Translations under genes and position numbers: made by a program
Origin: Lytechinus pictus
Lineage: Eukaryota
DNA length: 64,000 bases
Reading direction: 5' to 3'
Assembly: GCF_037042905.1 (NCBI RefSeq)
Contig: NC_087245.1
Span: 37,388,001 to 37,452,000, forward strand
Shown here: piece after piece, positions 39,576 through 53,111 of the stretch
Numbering within the stretch: position 1 is the first letter of the stretch
Layout of the letters: every line of letters starts with the position of its first letter
The notes under the pieces: generated by a model
Told to the model about the DNA's origin: nothing
Seen by the model: the letters and a program-made list of their open reading frames with translations, nothing else
Database searches by the model: none

Positions 39576-41145
39576 CAAAAAAATTGTGATAAACCCATTG
39601 AAATAGTCTATGAAAATACAACAAACTGTCTAGTTGTACAAAAGGCAAATAGTGTAGGATTTTTCTACTGGGGTGCGCAAAAGTCTTACTAGAATGACAA
39701 GCAAAATCAAGTTGTTGCTGGGGTGGGGGACGTACTGTATGAAAACTATAAACTGGAAATCAAACTGTATGAATTACATTGCAATCCAATAGCAAACCAC
39801 ATACATGTACATGTAGAACTACATTATGTGAAAAAGTGTGGCCTGGCTGTGATTTAATTATTGTTATAAAAATAACAAGGTCATAATTCATTCTCTTAAT
39901 CACATTTAATCACCCATTTCCAGTTCACGCCATGGAGACTATGCAGTTAAAGGCGTCAAGTACCTACAAACATTTATCCAACAAAGAGGAAATCAACTTG
40001 TGACTAGCTGCCGTTGCTATGGTAATAATCGAGGCCAAACTGTGACGAGAATGTGTACATTCCATCTCTCTTAAAATGTCAACAGAACTCATATGGAATA
40101 AACAACACTTTCGCTGTACACAAGACCTTTTTGGTTCAATTTTATTGAAAGGAAATGAGCTTCAACTGGCAGTTAGGGAACACATAATTTCAATTTTATG
40201 GTACATACATGTAATGATGTAAACATACATGTACATGCAACCATAAACACAAAAAGTATTTTAACTTCTATTTTGAAAAGGGTCACCAAACTTGTACAGC
40301 TGGTACATGAAGGCATATAGGGCTATTAGTTACTTCTTAGTTCTAGTTCTTCATCCATTCCCATAAATCATAATTTGTTTAATTTTTTCATGAGAATTTC
40401 TAATCAGGATCCGGATTAGAAAATTTATACATTTTGAAATGTTCAAATTTTCACAGAAAGTATAAAGTAATGTTATATTTAATCACAACTTAAACAGCAG
40501 AGAAAAAAATCAATTTAACCCATTTTCGATTGTTTAATAAATACATGTCAAAACATACATGTATCTCAAGTTGAACCAGACATGATACATATAGATTACG
40601 ATGCATATTAACAAGAACATGACATAATCTAATACAAAATGACCGCGTCTTACAGTCTTCTTATACACTTTAGCCTTTAAAGAAATTATCCTAAGTGACT
40701 GAAGTATTCCTAAATGGATTACAAGAGTGTAGGACCAGATGCTGGAGTCATTTCCATTATGGGGGAAATTATTTCTGACTCCATTGGTCCTCGGCGGCGT
40801 ATGTCTACATCACTGTATTATTATCATCATGGAAGTCTATCCTACACGTAGCCATAGAACAGTACATAATCAGATCATTCCTAATTTTGTATGTTTTTAG
40901 TTTTATTCTAATAAATTTCATATTATTTATATTTGTTGCTTAAAGATGATTATTTTATTCAATATATTAAACACAAATTTTCAATTTGAAAAAAACCAAA
41001 GAAAAGCATACATGTATGTATGTGGACGCATACGATTGATGTACATGACAGCTTTAATCTCAATATTGAGAAATTACCTTATTTCTATCTCGACTTATCA
41101 ACTCTGGTATTAAACATTCCACTTTAAGTTTTATATTGTTCAGTG

Positions 41146-41987
41146 CATGGACCTATTACGAATGGACATTCAACGAATCCCCTCCTTTGACCCAAAGACC
41201 GTCGCCGCTAATCCTTTTATAAACAGAGCGCTGGCAGCTGACACCCATCAAGCCGGTCGTAAAACTCGCTCTCACTGATGGACAGCGGAAATCAATTGTA
41301 CGCTGCTTCTACCCATTGCGATGTTGTTCGTTCACTTTATCAAAAGCAACGCACAGCAGCGAACGTTAGCGCTATGAAAATGATAGCAGAAACAAGAAAA
41401 CAGGCGTGCATAAACGTATTTTTTACGTACATCGCTAACAACCGGAAATGAAATGCATTGACATCACCTTGCAGATCCGTATATCTACGGCAAAAAAGCA
41501 GTTGAAATTTGACGAAAAAATCTGCGGAAAAACGTTAAAATTTCATCTTTTTCGGACAGTATTGATGTCGATAGTAGCGCTTACCTTCGGTCAGAAGTTG
41601 ATTTTCATTTGGGCATAAAATTCCACAGGATTGATGAAATTTAACGGGATTTTTTTTGATGGACAGACGACAATCGCACATTATAGACAGCCTAAAATAA
41701 TGTACTGAAAAACCGGATATGAATTGCGCATTGCATTCTAGGTAATGTAGGGACTTTCCCTATTGGCAATCGGGGCTACAACATGACCGTCTTTGGTCGA
41801 AAGAGGGCCAGTGATCAATCGGTGACGATCATCGGCCGAAAGGAGCTTGTGTAAACAATCGCCCCGGGCGGTCGTCGTAAAAACCGCGTAAAGAGAAAGT
41901 TAAGGGTTAGACAGCAATTTTGACAGCTGGAAACAGGTGGTGGTCATAAAATGCTCTCGTTGAATGTCCATTCGTAATAGGTCCATG
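41146..41987. mobile_element. Non-autonomous DNA transposon, P-element-like
   Basis: Perfect 31-bp TIR CATGGACCTATTACGAATGGACATTCAACGA and a 7-bp TSD TTCAGTG (41139-41145 / 41988-41994). CpG-rich interior. Confidence 0.85.
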
Positions 41988-42173
41988 TTCAGTGTAATAC
42001 TTAATGCACAGCATCAACATCATAAAAGTTTTGCCATAAAAAAACTCTGGCAAACAAAATTATGCCATTGAAAATCACACATAAAAAACTCTGGCAAAAA
42101 ATTTGCCAGTTTTTTAAGGCAAAAGTTTATGCAACAGGCCCCCAGAAGATGATTTAAACCTTATGTAGGCCTG

Positions 42174-42427
42174 GGCCCCATCTTACAAAGAGTTATGATT
42201 GATCCAATCAATCGTAACTCTATGGAAATCCATCAGTGTCATAATTTTGGAAATTTGCAAAATGTCCTTTGTAAACAAAGGAGATCACACCAAATTGTCA
42301 AGAAATCAATGAATTTATGGATATACATTCATATTTAGATAAAAAAACAACAACATGCATTTTGTATGTTGAATTTGCTGGCTTTCCATTGTTGCGATTG
42401 ATTGGATCAATTTTTGTAAGACGGGCC
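42174..42427. mobile_element. PIF/Harbinger-like MITE, second copy
   Basis: CTG|GGCCCCATCTTACAAAGAG ... TTTGTAAGACGGGCC|CAG. Confidence 0.8.
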
Positions 42428-43429
42428 CAGGTCATCAGATTTTGGATTGCCTACACACAGTGAAGTAGGCTTTACCCTTTATTCACTGAGCAGTGAGCAC
42501 TTCAACAAGAGCTCGTAAACAATTCCATTTCTTTTGTAAGAATAACATTTTCATTTTTATCCTCCTAAACACTCAGTACAATACGTATGAAAATCAGAAT
42601 TCCACAAATCCCCCCATACGCTCTTGGAGCAAATTACAAACGTACATTACATTTTTCAAGCATCATCATCATCATCATCGTCACCACAAATAACGAATAT
42701 ATGTAGAATAAATATGAATACCTTCCCCAAACTTAATTACTGAAGGTGGTGTTCATTTAACCAATGTACCATTGTTATCCAATACACATGTACATGTAGG
42801 AGCCTACAACGCTCAAGGCTTAAAAGATTGTGGCTATAAAGGCTATGCATTCCTATCTTTATTGTTATGCTAATTGTACTTCCATAACAGAATGAAACTA
42901 AATGTATTGTAGAGCTAGAAAAAATGCCTAATGTATGGATCTCATTTCAAAGTGAAAAAAGTATGTGTTGGAAACTTAAAAGTTTTTTTTCCGAAATTAT
43001 ACTAATAAATCAAGCTTTTCTCACAAGACTTGTATTTTGTTTTCTTTATTGTTGTAGGATACAGTAAGAGGAACAGTCTAGTGAAGGCAAGCCTCATAAT
43101 AACCAGGAATTTGTTTAACTTTAGGCCTAATAATTAAAACTTTATAATAATTGACTTAACCAGTTAACCTTTAACAGAAACTATTCTGGTAATTCTGGTA
43201 ATTTTGAGTCTACATACAGAAATTTATGATTTAACAAATAATGACCTGCACTATCATAATTCAACAAGCAAAAACACTGAATTGGTAAAATTTAAGCCAG
43301 GAAATTGGTGCTTTGTCCCTGGCAAGTGTACAGTGTACTGTCTGTTGCCAAATTGATATTACAGGCTAGAACACACCTTGGAAAAGCTGACCTATTTTTA
43401 GCCATTTGCCAAAAAGTGGGCCAAATTTG

Positions 43430-43660
43430 TTGGAGCATTTGGTGAGGGCATTCACCACACCCAGGAAATATTCCTAACCTTATAGCTCTCTAATCTTAAA
43501 CCTCAGTTGGAACATGGATATTCGTAGGAATAACTTCATTGATGAAGAATTTAAAAATATTCTTGATAGAAGAAAGGTTCTAATGACGGAAGAGTCGCCG
43601 CCGCTCTGACAGTACATGATTTTTATAAACCATGGTTTGGAAAAGATAAACTTCTCAAAC
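43430..43660 (-). mobile_element. Highly degenerate LINE RT C-terminal remnant
   Basis: Minus strand near 43460-43437 reads gtggtgaatgccctcaccaaatg, resembling a decayed WNALP motif. The frames are broken. Confidence 0.25.
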
Positions 43661-44539
43661 AAAAAGTTTGGAAAGCTTAGTTCGGCTGATAATCTCCACC
43701 CCCCCCCCCTCTCTCTTTCTCTCTCTCAATATTGACCAATGCATACTTGATATCATTCACTAGATTATTCAATTCCCTTTTAAATATGAGCAAGCCATCA
43801 AGGAAATATTCAGAAGTGTTGGATGAAGCTCTGCAACACAAACCTATATGGTCATAGAGAGTCAATACAGTTGTATTGAGTCTTTTGTTATCAACCGGTC
43901 AGCCATGAATGTCATTTATTCAATAGAAGTCTGGTTTCACAATCGAGCATTTGGTGGTTAACGTAAACGGTAATGAGTCGTGATTTATAAAATTAAAAAC
44001 CATGCTGTTTGTTTAATATGTATTTGCTTGTGCAGACAATGGAATTCATGTGAATGTTGATGTTACAATACATTAACACAGATGAGATATTTGGAAACTG
44101 ATTAAACATGGAAAAGAATGGTGATTTCCAAAATTGTGTCCTATCACAGCTTTTACATTCACCTTAAGGTTACCCCCCCCCCTTTAAAGCTTTGCACATT
44201 CATGTAAAAGCTTATTCAGACTACATTTATTATGGCTCCGCTCAACAATGTTTAGCGATTACGTAGGCCTACAGTTCAGTCTTGCTATCTACATGTAAGC
44301 TTGGTTGCTATGCCTTAAGTATGTCAATCAGGGCAGTAAAAATACTCGATATGAAGATTATTTCAATTAACCTCAAATTTGTGATCAGGAATAAATTCGA
44401 AAATGATAACAATTATCTCATATGAGTGAAATAAAAATTTGAAATGAAAATTGATAAACAAACATTGAGGAAGCAATCAGTATGAAGGAGTCTAATTAAA
44501 CAAAAGTGTTAATTGTGCAAAATGAGTGAAAAGAAAATG

Positions 44540-44735
44540 GGTATTAGACCGACTGGTTATTAGACGAAATGGTAATAGACGAACCGGTGATTGGACGAAG
44601 TGATGATTGGACCAATGGTTAATGGACCAAATGGTTTTTAGACAAATGTTGATGGACGGAATGGCATTAGACTAAATGAAGGTACATGCAGACCATGTGG
44701 TGAGTGGACGAGTTGGCAGTGGACGAATTGGCAAT
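44540..44735. repeat. Single arm of the 15-bp-subrepeat foldback family
   Basis: TAGACGAA/TGGACCAA repeats ending GTGAGTGGACGAGTTGGCAGTGGACGAATTGGCAAT, the reverse complement of ~20885-20920. Confidence 0.65.
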
Positions 44736-46135
44736 GTACTACCGACAGGGGATCTATGATTATTGTAGAATCAACATACATGTAACTGTGAACAGTAAAA
44801 GAATCAGGTGTCACTGGATGACTTCCTTTCTAATTACTCATCATCAATGTCAATGTGTGAGCCCTTTACTCTTCCAAGTGTGAGTTATTCATGGGGCTAT
44901 TAGTAGCAGACGATAATTAGATTAATTTCATGTCGAGTTCCTGGTGGAGATCCTGCATGTCTCCCTACAAACCGCCGCCATTCACCACATTTATTTCCTC
45001 CAAGGAGGTTCCTTGGAAACTCTGAATTATATATTTAAATTTTGATATTTTAATCTCTGAACAATGATATCATGTGAATTGAAACTAAATGATGATTAAA
45101 GTTCAATGAACACAATAGGGCAGTGAATACAATATGATAATAATAATAATAAAGGAAACATGAACCAAGACAAAGAGACAAGAATAGACAGACTCAAATG
45201 AAGGAGGTGAATAAAATAAAAATTCATGGACCATAAAAAGCAGTCAATTTGAAGAAGCTGTATTTGCCAAATGTGTGGCACTTAACACGAGTTCATTATT
45301 CCTTTTCAATGGGTTCCTTTTACGTATGCTTGGCTTGGCGAGGGGGAAAACTGGTTGAGTAGTATTCTGATACTAGTTAAACCTAATGTAGGTTTAACCA
45401 GAGACTAAACTGGAATTTTAAACCACACTTCTTTGGAACGCTGACTTAATCATCTCCCATAACTGTACCAATTAATTCATTACAATTTATTTGTATTTTT
45501 CTATTCTTTCATTTCACAACTCAACTAAATTTTTGACAACATTTGCAGCTAGGTATTAAGAATATTTTTAATTGGTGAATAAGTTGAAACGGTGTCATAT
45601 ACTCTACATATATACAGTGTTTCACTTGTGAAAGGATGTTGAAGAGAAGAGGCAAGAAAAGAGGGGTGTAATACAAGCGTTGCCAATTCCACGTGCTGAT
45701 AGATGGCGTCTGTTGCATTGTTTGTACAGAGTCTCCCAGGAGGATGAAAACAAAACATGAACATGACATACATGGAGGCAGGCATGGAAGCTTGGCAGTA
45801 CACAACATCGTTCCCTTTCTTACACACATGCATACAACATGAACTACGTCAAAATTTTCCTCTCCTGCCATTTTATAAAATATTCCCATCATCCCCTGCT
45901 GTTAGTATTCACTATTCATATCAACTTTACATACACTTTTCAAATCATTCAGACCTACCCATAGGTCCTACCTTATTATGCATGAACACATAAATTATGC
46001 TCATTGATTTCTTTTTAAAGTTCCTCAGTATGGACTGGGAAGTTACAATGTATTTCACAAATTTCAGGGAATAATTTTGCATTATAAGTTCGAATAGCAT
46101 TTTCGGTCATAAAGAGAAAAGCTCTCAACTATGCA

Positions 46136-46358
46136 GTCTTTCAAAAATGTGGAGCAAATTGCGATGCAATACCAGGAAAATTATTCCATGAATTTTCTAC
46201 AAGTATGTAGGTTATTCCCTATTCAACTTTAAAAAAAATGTCTTTCAAAAAAAAATTCAACTTAAAAAAAAATGTCTTTCAAAAATGTGGAGCAAATTGC
46301 GATGCAAGACCAGGAAAATTATTCCCTGAATTTTCTAGGTTATTCCCAATTCAACTTT
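46136..46358. repeat. Local direct duplication of ~85-95 bp
   Basis: GTCTTTCAAAAATGTGGAGCAAATTGCGATGCAA..CCAGGAAAATTATTCC at 46136 and 46274. Confidence 0.85.
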
Positions 46359-47412
46359 GCAACCGTAATATACCGAAGACAGCATTACTCAAGTATACAA
46401 GTAGTAATCTTAGACTTTTTTCAATGTCAAAGGTCAGGGAATGGACAACAAAAGGACAACCAACCTGGTGGACTGTACTTTCACGGACGATGATGATGGT
46501 GAAGATGAAAGTGCACAATTTACTAGTAATATACTTTCCAAAAACATTTTCCTACCATTTGCTCACAAAAAGTAACCTGGACATCTCATTTCTATAAAGT
46601 ACATTCCTGTATTGGGTGCTTTTATAACATTCATGAATGACATCAATACACTTGAAAGAAGACTAATGTTTTTGTTAGGTCATGTAAACTTTTCACAACA
46701 TTCTATGATTTGAAAAATATTATGTTGACCTCATTAAAAAATAGACAATACATAAGTCATAAATGTAGTTATGTAAATCTACATGATCCATTTCTCATAT
46801 ACATGTATTTCCTTTTTATGCAGTATTAATTAAAAAGAATCATTATTGTCATTGAATTCAATTATATGACCATATTAAATTTGTGCATGAACATATTTTG
46901 TGCAGGGTTGCATGTATTTAATCAATATATCTTGAAAAACTGATATCAAGCACAGAAAAATTGGCATAAATTACCCAGAAGTGCATTTGTGAAAATATTC
47001 TCTATAGGTTTTAAGTGATTAATAAAGTTTATAACATTCTGGTGGCCTATGGCCCACAAGCTAAGCTTCTAATAGTGGGTCACTGCATTTAATTTCCATC
47101 TTATCTCATCCATGGCATGTTGCAACGTTCCATAATAGGCCTACATGTAGTAACTCTATATATATTATTCTGTAATTATTTACTTATGTTCTTTGCCCTT
47201 AACTTGTAATACAATGATTTACTGTTGCAGTAATTGTTGTTGGAATTGAAACAAAATAAAGATTCATCCATTCATTTGACATCAGCAAATTTTGTCAACA
47301 TTTGCATCTGTTCTCTACAAGCCTCAAGAAATAGCCCTTTTTTTCAAGCAGATGTCTTCAAACTTGTAGGTAAAATGTGATGCAAAATGATTATGACATG
47401 TTAATCTTCATC

Positions 47413-48165
47413 TGGGGCCATTTCATGAAGCTGATCGTAAGTTAAGAGTGACTTTAAGTACGACTAGTGATCCTTACTTGTGGTAAATATTGATGGTTGA
47501 CCATTAAATGTTCATTGGTGAGAGCGTAATAAAGGTTCATCAGTCGTTCTTAAAGGTCAAGTCCACCCCAAAAAATGTTGAATTGGATAAATAAAGAAAA
47601 ATCAAACTAGCATAATGCTGAAAATGTCAAAGTTATGACATTTTCAAGTTTCGCTTACTTTTCACAAAACAGTGATACGCTCAACTCAGTGACATGCACA
47701 TGAGACAATCGATGTCCTTCACTCACTATTTCTTTTGGTTTTTATTGTTTGAATTATACGATAGTTCATTTTTTACAGATATGACAATAAGAACTTGATA
47801 TAGTATTAATAGTATTAAACAATGCTAATTACACATATTCAGGGAAGAAGTAATCGTTGTTTCACTTGACAATGATGAGAAAATTGCAATATTTCGTATA
47901 AATGAAACACCAAAGAAATAGTGAGTGGAGGACATCATAAGTCCCCTCATTTGCATACCAATCAGGATGTGCAAATAACTATTTGGTGAAATTAAACGAA
48001 ACTATGAAATGTCATAACTTTCTTATTTTAGGTCCGATTTTAATGTAATTTTCACTGTCATACTTGCTAGATTTTCCTCTTTCTATTCAAATAAACTTTT
48101 TGTTGGGATGGACTTGGCCTTTTAACTCGCTCTTAACTTACAAACTGCTTTAGGACACACCCACC
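47413..48165. mobile_element. Harbinger-like palindromic MITE interrupted by the 47550-48125 element
   Basis: Left arm GTAAGTTAAGAGTGACTTTAAG(T)ACGACT pairs with AGTCGTTCTTAA[insert]CGCTCTTAACTTAC. Confidence 0.65.
47550..48125. mobile_element. Kolobok-type MITE copy nested in another MITE
   Basis: TTAAAGGTCAAGTCCACCCC ... GGACTTGGCCTTTTAA. Confidence 0.85.
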
Positions 48166-48948
48166 TGATATCCTACCTTCATCTGCTCAACTTATTTTCA
48201 AAAACTTTTCAAAACTATCTTGCATGAAATAAGGTCACACTTTATGACCCTTTTGGTCTGCCTAGAATTTTGATATAGCGACACCTTCAAAATCCTTTGA
48301 CCTACTTAATAATTCTGTCGAGCAACATTGACGAACTCTAGCTGGGAACTTGCCGTCCATTTTATATTTATGAATTTGGTTTATTTTTTTGTGAACTATG
48401 TGCATAAGTTATGGTCACCACATCATATATCCAGAGCTGGACATTCTCAGTAACAGAGTTGAGTAGACTCTACATGTATCATGCCTCCAAGGCTCCAAAT
48501 GCTAAACATTATCTCACCTTGTTACTGTATTCACCACACTGCTGAAGTAAAAAAATCGTCAAGTGGCCGTGGCATTCCACCGACACTGTCACCGAGTCTG
48601 AGTGATTGATTTTACATTACAAATCTACAATTTAAAAATACAATACAATGTAGACCCAGTAATAATCATTTTTCTTTTTAATGTTACACACCATCATTTA
48701 TCATTCCATGCAACATAGGTCTAGATTTATTCTTTTATGCCAACTTCGCTTCCAATGAATGGCAATGGCAAGGCCAAGGCAAAGTCATTCATCATCGCAA
48801 TCTAATTCTGAAGCCACCACCACCACCACCAAATGAATGGCTTCGACTCATGTGGGGGTGTGTGTGTGTGTACCTGCCTCTGCACTCGCTTGCCATTCAG
48901 CTGTAGCGCTAGTGTGCAATTATTGTGATTTTGCGCTTTGCTTCTTAC

Positions 48949-49140
48949 CTATTAATATGCCTTTATTTGGAATGAGATTGAGTAGCTATGTGAGCCAGGA
49001 ACCCTGGGTTTAACTCCAGATATTTGTCCGAGTAGACTTCAAAACAAGCCAAAAGATAACACAGTGTATTGGGAATATCCTGGAAATCCTGTTCAAAATA
49101 AAATACCATCGAAAAGTCTCCCTTCCGTGTTCTTGCTACC
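48949..49140 (-). other. Probable non-coding 5' UTR first exon of the minus-strand gene (5' boundary approximate)
   Basis: Donor TAG|gtaaga at 48948-48943, next to a CpG-containing region and a TGCGCAGGCGCA motif. It could splice to the acceptor at 11069 across a ~38 kb intron. Confidence 0.4.
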
Positions 49141-49550
49141 ATTTTGTGACATATCAACATCGCACATGCATGGCATGAAGTGCGCAGGCGCAAAACTTCG
49201 GGGTCATCCCCGGGACAGCAGAGTCCAATATGTAATGGGGGTATTCACTTCTCCGCAATGCTTAATTTTTATTCCAAGGTTCTTTATATAGCGTATGCAG
49301 AGAAGAATACGTCATACAAATATAAATACATCTTAAAGGTTACTCTTGTTAAAAAATTCTCAACATATTCTTTGTGATAAATATATGCAAAACAAAACAT
49401 AATGCACCTATTTTCCAATCGATCCTTCTGTAAAAAAAGTAAATAAGCAGTTGCAGGTGAATAACGCTACACTCTACAGTTGATGGGTCAAAATTGACGG
49501 AAATTTTAAAATGGAGGTGAAAACGAGCTTGTATTGCATCGGTAGGTGTA
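49140..49550. promoter_or_regulatory. Putative, possibly bidirectional, promoter
   Basis: TGCGCAGGCGCA (NRF1/P3A2-type site) at 49181-49192, and CGGAAA plus YY1-like AAAATGG at ~49498-49514. Splice donors face outward on both sides (minus 48948, plus G|gtaggt 49542). A GC/CpG-rich stretch follows at 49640-49800. Confidence 0.4.
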
Positions 49551-50649
49551 TGATTTTGATATGCGTATATATTATTTCATGTTGATATATTTTATTATCA
49601 TGCGGTATTGATAAAATTGTTCAAATGATGTAAGTAATGCTTGTGAACGGATCTGCTGACTGCTGTACCGGCGGCGGCGGTGGTTGTCTACGGTAGGGCA
49701 TGGCCATGGCCATGGAGCTAGCTGCTAGGACCTACGTCCACGGTCTGCATCGCTATCTGGCCTGGGCTGGGCCTGCGTACCGGCTGCTGCCTGCCAAGCT
49801 CAAGTCAGACATGGTCTGATCAAGAAGATTGTATGACTGGAGTTCCAACAGGCAACAAATTTATTCAAGCAGCTGTTCATTTCTAAAGAAGCACAAAAGA
49901 AAGAACGGCAGTAAGCCAGGACTTTTTTGAAAGTCTGCCTTTGATTGAAGCCGCGCCGCCAGTTTCAGCGAAGAAATCAGAGGAGTGAAATTTTACGAAT
50001 ATCCATTTGTATCAATTTTCCATCTTTCATATTAATAAACTGAAATTTGAACGCATTACAAGACATCAATAACCGAGCACTATTACGCCGAGATATTTGC
50101 CCAGATTATATCAATTAACCCTAGTTTAATTAGTGAAAAAAAGTACTATGAATTGACCTTGGCTTTACTAAAAGTAAAACGAGATCTTAACACTTTTCTG
50201 AACGTTTGCGGCGAATGAAAATGTCAAATGTGGTCGGTGGAATATTGTTATTCATTATTGTATATGCCAGATGAGTGCCCGTACATGCCCAGTCCAGTAA
50301 ATTTGATTCATATTTCAGGACATATTGCAGAGTTTATTTTCGCATGCCTCAGAATTACGTACATGTACTACACATATAACCAGACCAAGATGCAGTGAAA
50401 AAGTAATTATCATCACAATAGCATATTTCTCTTTATATATGACCTATAGCTGCAGAGTCATGTGGAAATCATTTGTCTACACAATTGCAAGATATGTTGA
50501 GCAAAGTGCATGCCTGACATACTTTATGCTGGCAGTTTTTAACCTTGTTCAAAGGGATTTTATTTGCTGTTACTCCATCTCATTTGAAACCTCCTTGGTC
50601 TTATATATGTCTGAAGTGAAGATGCTGAGTTTATAATTAATGTGGATGT

Positions 50650-50850
50650 CAGGGGCGGATCCAGGATTTTCCAAAGGGGGGGGCACATTTTCCGTCTTCC
50701 GAGGAAAAATTTGACAAGCAAAAAAAAGGGTCTTCACTTTCAAAAGGGGGGGGGGCACATTTCCATTTTAATGGCATTTTTTACATTACAAATTTTGATT
50801 GTGCCTCTTGAAAGGGGGGGGGCATGGGCCGGCTCCCCCCCCCCCCCCTG
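50650..50850. mobile_element. hAT-like GC-rich MITE (same family, inverted)
   Basis: Starts CAGGGGCGGATCCAGGATTTTCC. The interior matches the reverse complement of 28464-28691. Confidence 0.75.
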
Positions 50851-51339
50851 AAAGCCTTTTTAAAATCAGATTTCTGGGTTTGAACAGAGACTGAATGAAG
50901 ATATTGGTCTAGGTTACCGGCCTTGCACACCCTGTGTCTTGTGATTTTCAAATAGTTCAGTTGGCAATACATTGATACAGAAGTAATGTTTGCAGACTAT
51001 TGATGTAATTTATGAAGTATGATGCAATAATGTTAATGGTATTAAAAAAAAAAAATCAATTTATTTTGAATTATTCTAACCTGAATTTTTTGGTATAGAT
51101 CACTTACCATAAGCATGTCAATCAGCTCAGAATCTCTTTCAGGGTTTAATGTGGTGTTGCTAATTAAATTCACAATCTTAATTCAGCCCATCTGCATTTT
51201 TTTTTTTTTTACTTCTAGCTGAAATTCATTATATATATGCACAAATTTTTTATTCTTTGATGAAATAAAATACTTTTAAAGAAAAGTCCTTGCAGTTCAA
51301 CATTGCTGATGGCACTACTTTTGATATTATTTTTAGCAG

Positions 51340-51641
51340 CAACGTCCGGCCTGTGCCAACCCTTTTGAGAGGCACAACAAGTGGAATGTGTCATGCATAC
51401 GCAAGTGACAACTTTTTTTTTTAAATTTTATTATATATTTTTACTTGTGCATTTTTTCCTGGAACAAAATTCCTTCGATTTGTTGATGAAAACCTTTTTT
51501 TTTTTGCTTGTCAAATTTTCATGGAACAAACTTGCCTCAATTGGCAATAGTGAAAACCTTTTTTTTTTTTTTTGCATGTCAATTTTTTTCCTGTACAAAA
51601 GTGCCCCCCCCCCCCCTTGGAAAATCCTGGATCCGCCCCTG
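51340..51641. mobile_element. Related hAT-like MITE with internal TTTTTGCTTGTCAAATTTT repeats (left boundary approximate)
   Basis: Right end GGAAAATCCTGGATCCGCCCCTG. Confidence 0.6.
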
Positions 51642-52603
51642 TGGGTAATCATTGATATAGAAGCAACTGAAGATGAACAGGATCAGGGAAACATACTAAG
51701 GGCGTACAGAAATCATGAATTATATCCTCGCACAGACAATAAATGTGCAATTGACCCAGCATGTGGAAGATTACAATCACTGAGTCTTGGCAACATCCGT
51801 GATACTACTGCCTATTCACATCTGTGCATGAGAAGTTGCATGCACCAGTATCATGGTCTCTTGAATGCCATCTCAGCCCATGTAACACACTCTACACAAA
51901 CATGAAATATTGAATAATGAGGGTCACCCCTCCCCCCCCCCAAAAAAAAAAATACAATAATACAATAAAGTGAATAAATAGATGAATAAATGAATGAATA
52001 GATAGATAGAAAGATAGATAAGAAATTAATTAATTGAATAAATTGAAAAGAATCACATCACATCAGCATATCTAGTATTTTTATGATATTTTTCCCACTA
52101 CCTTTGTACTAAAAATTTTGATTTTAGAAATATTTTTATGAGGCCCTCGTTGGAGGATAAAAAATGATGACACAAACTTTTTCATTTTATTTAAAAAAAG
52201 AAAAATAGAAAAATAGATGAAGCACATTGCACTGATAGGAAAAGGAACTAAATAGGCCTATAGTGCAAAATACGCAGTATCGGTTACTCAAAGCATGGAG
52301 AGATCCATGCTCAAAGTGAACTGCAATTTACTATTCAGACAAAATGAAATGCTGCCATCTCTTGTCAGTGTTTGCATCATTTTTTTTGTCAGCTCTCAAA
52401 GATACCCATCACATGAACCGAAAAACTGGGCCCCCATTGGCTTCCTTCCTCCCACCTATAAAAGTCATGATTAGATTATGTTATTCATGTTTGTTTGTCT
52501 TTCTCATATCCTGGTGGTGAACATTGCTAGTTTTATTTCAGGAGATCGAGGCCCATAGGAAAGGGTGGGCGAACAATGAGCAGCAAGTATCGATTCTACT
52601 TTA

Positions 52604-53030
52604 AGCCCCCATCACACTTATTCCATCTCAAGCAGAATTGGCCGGAATGAAAGGACTATTGTTCGACCACCAGTTGGTCATTTAAATCTACTTCGAACAC
52701 CGTTTGAAAATACCCCTCAAATGTTTTGAACATGACCAAAACCTTCGGGACGACCAAAAGAAATGACAAAAATATTTTGATTGCACTCGGAATGCAGTCA
52801 GAATATTTAGAATGCGCCTAGAATGTACGGAAGCACGAATTATCAAACTGACTCCATTGCGATTCATTTTGACTAGTGTATGATGATTCACCTGGTCAAT
52901 TTACTGAATTTCAACTCCAGCTTGGTGAAGTCAAAAGTTCCTCCCAAAAAATTTCTAGATTTTTTAAATATTTTTTTCGTTCCAGCTTCTGCTTGATTCC
53001 TGCTGATTCCGAATAAGTGTGATGGGGTCT
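52604..53030. mobile_element. Harbinger-like MITE
   Basis: AGCCCCCATCACACTTATTCC ... GAATAAGTGTGATGGGGTCT. Confidence 0.75.
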
Positions 53031-53111
53031 TGTAAGGAAATTTTTGCAATCAATTGCAAATATCTGTTGTAATTTTGCAATTGATTGATTGATATTAGCT
53101 GTTCCAAATTG

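Noticed and set aside
41270..41620. THAP/transposase coding remnant inside the P-like element
   Set aside because: I could not read a convincing C2CH THAP pattern in the frames I checked.
51381..51905. 174-aa ORF
   Set aside because: It is mostly T-rich MITE sequence, has a GTG start and shows no domain features.
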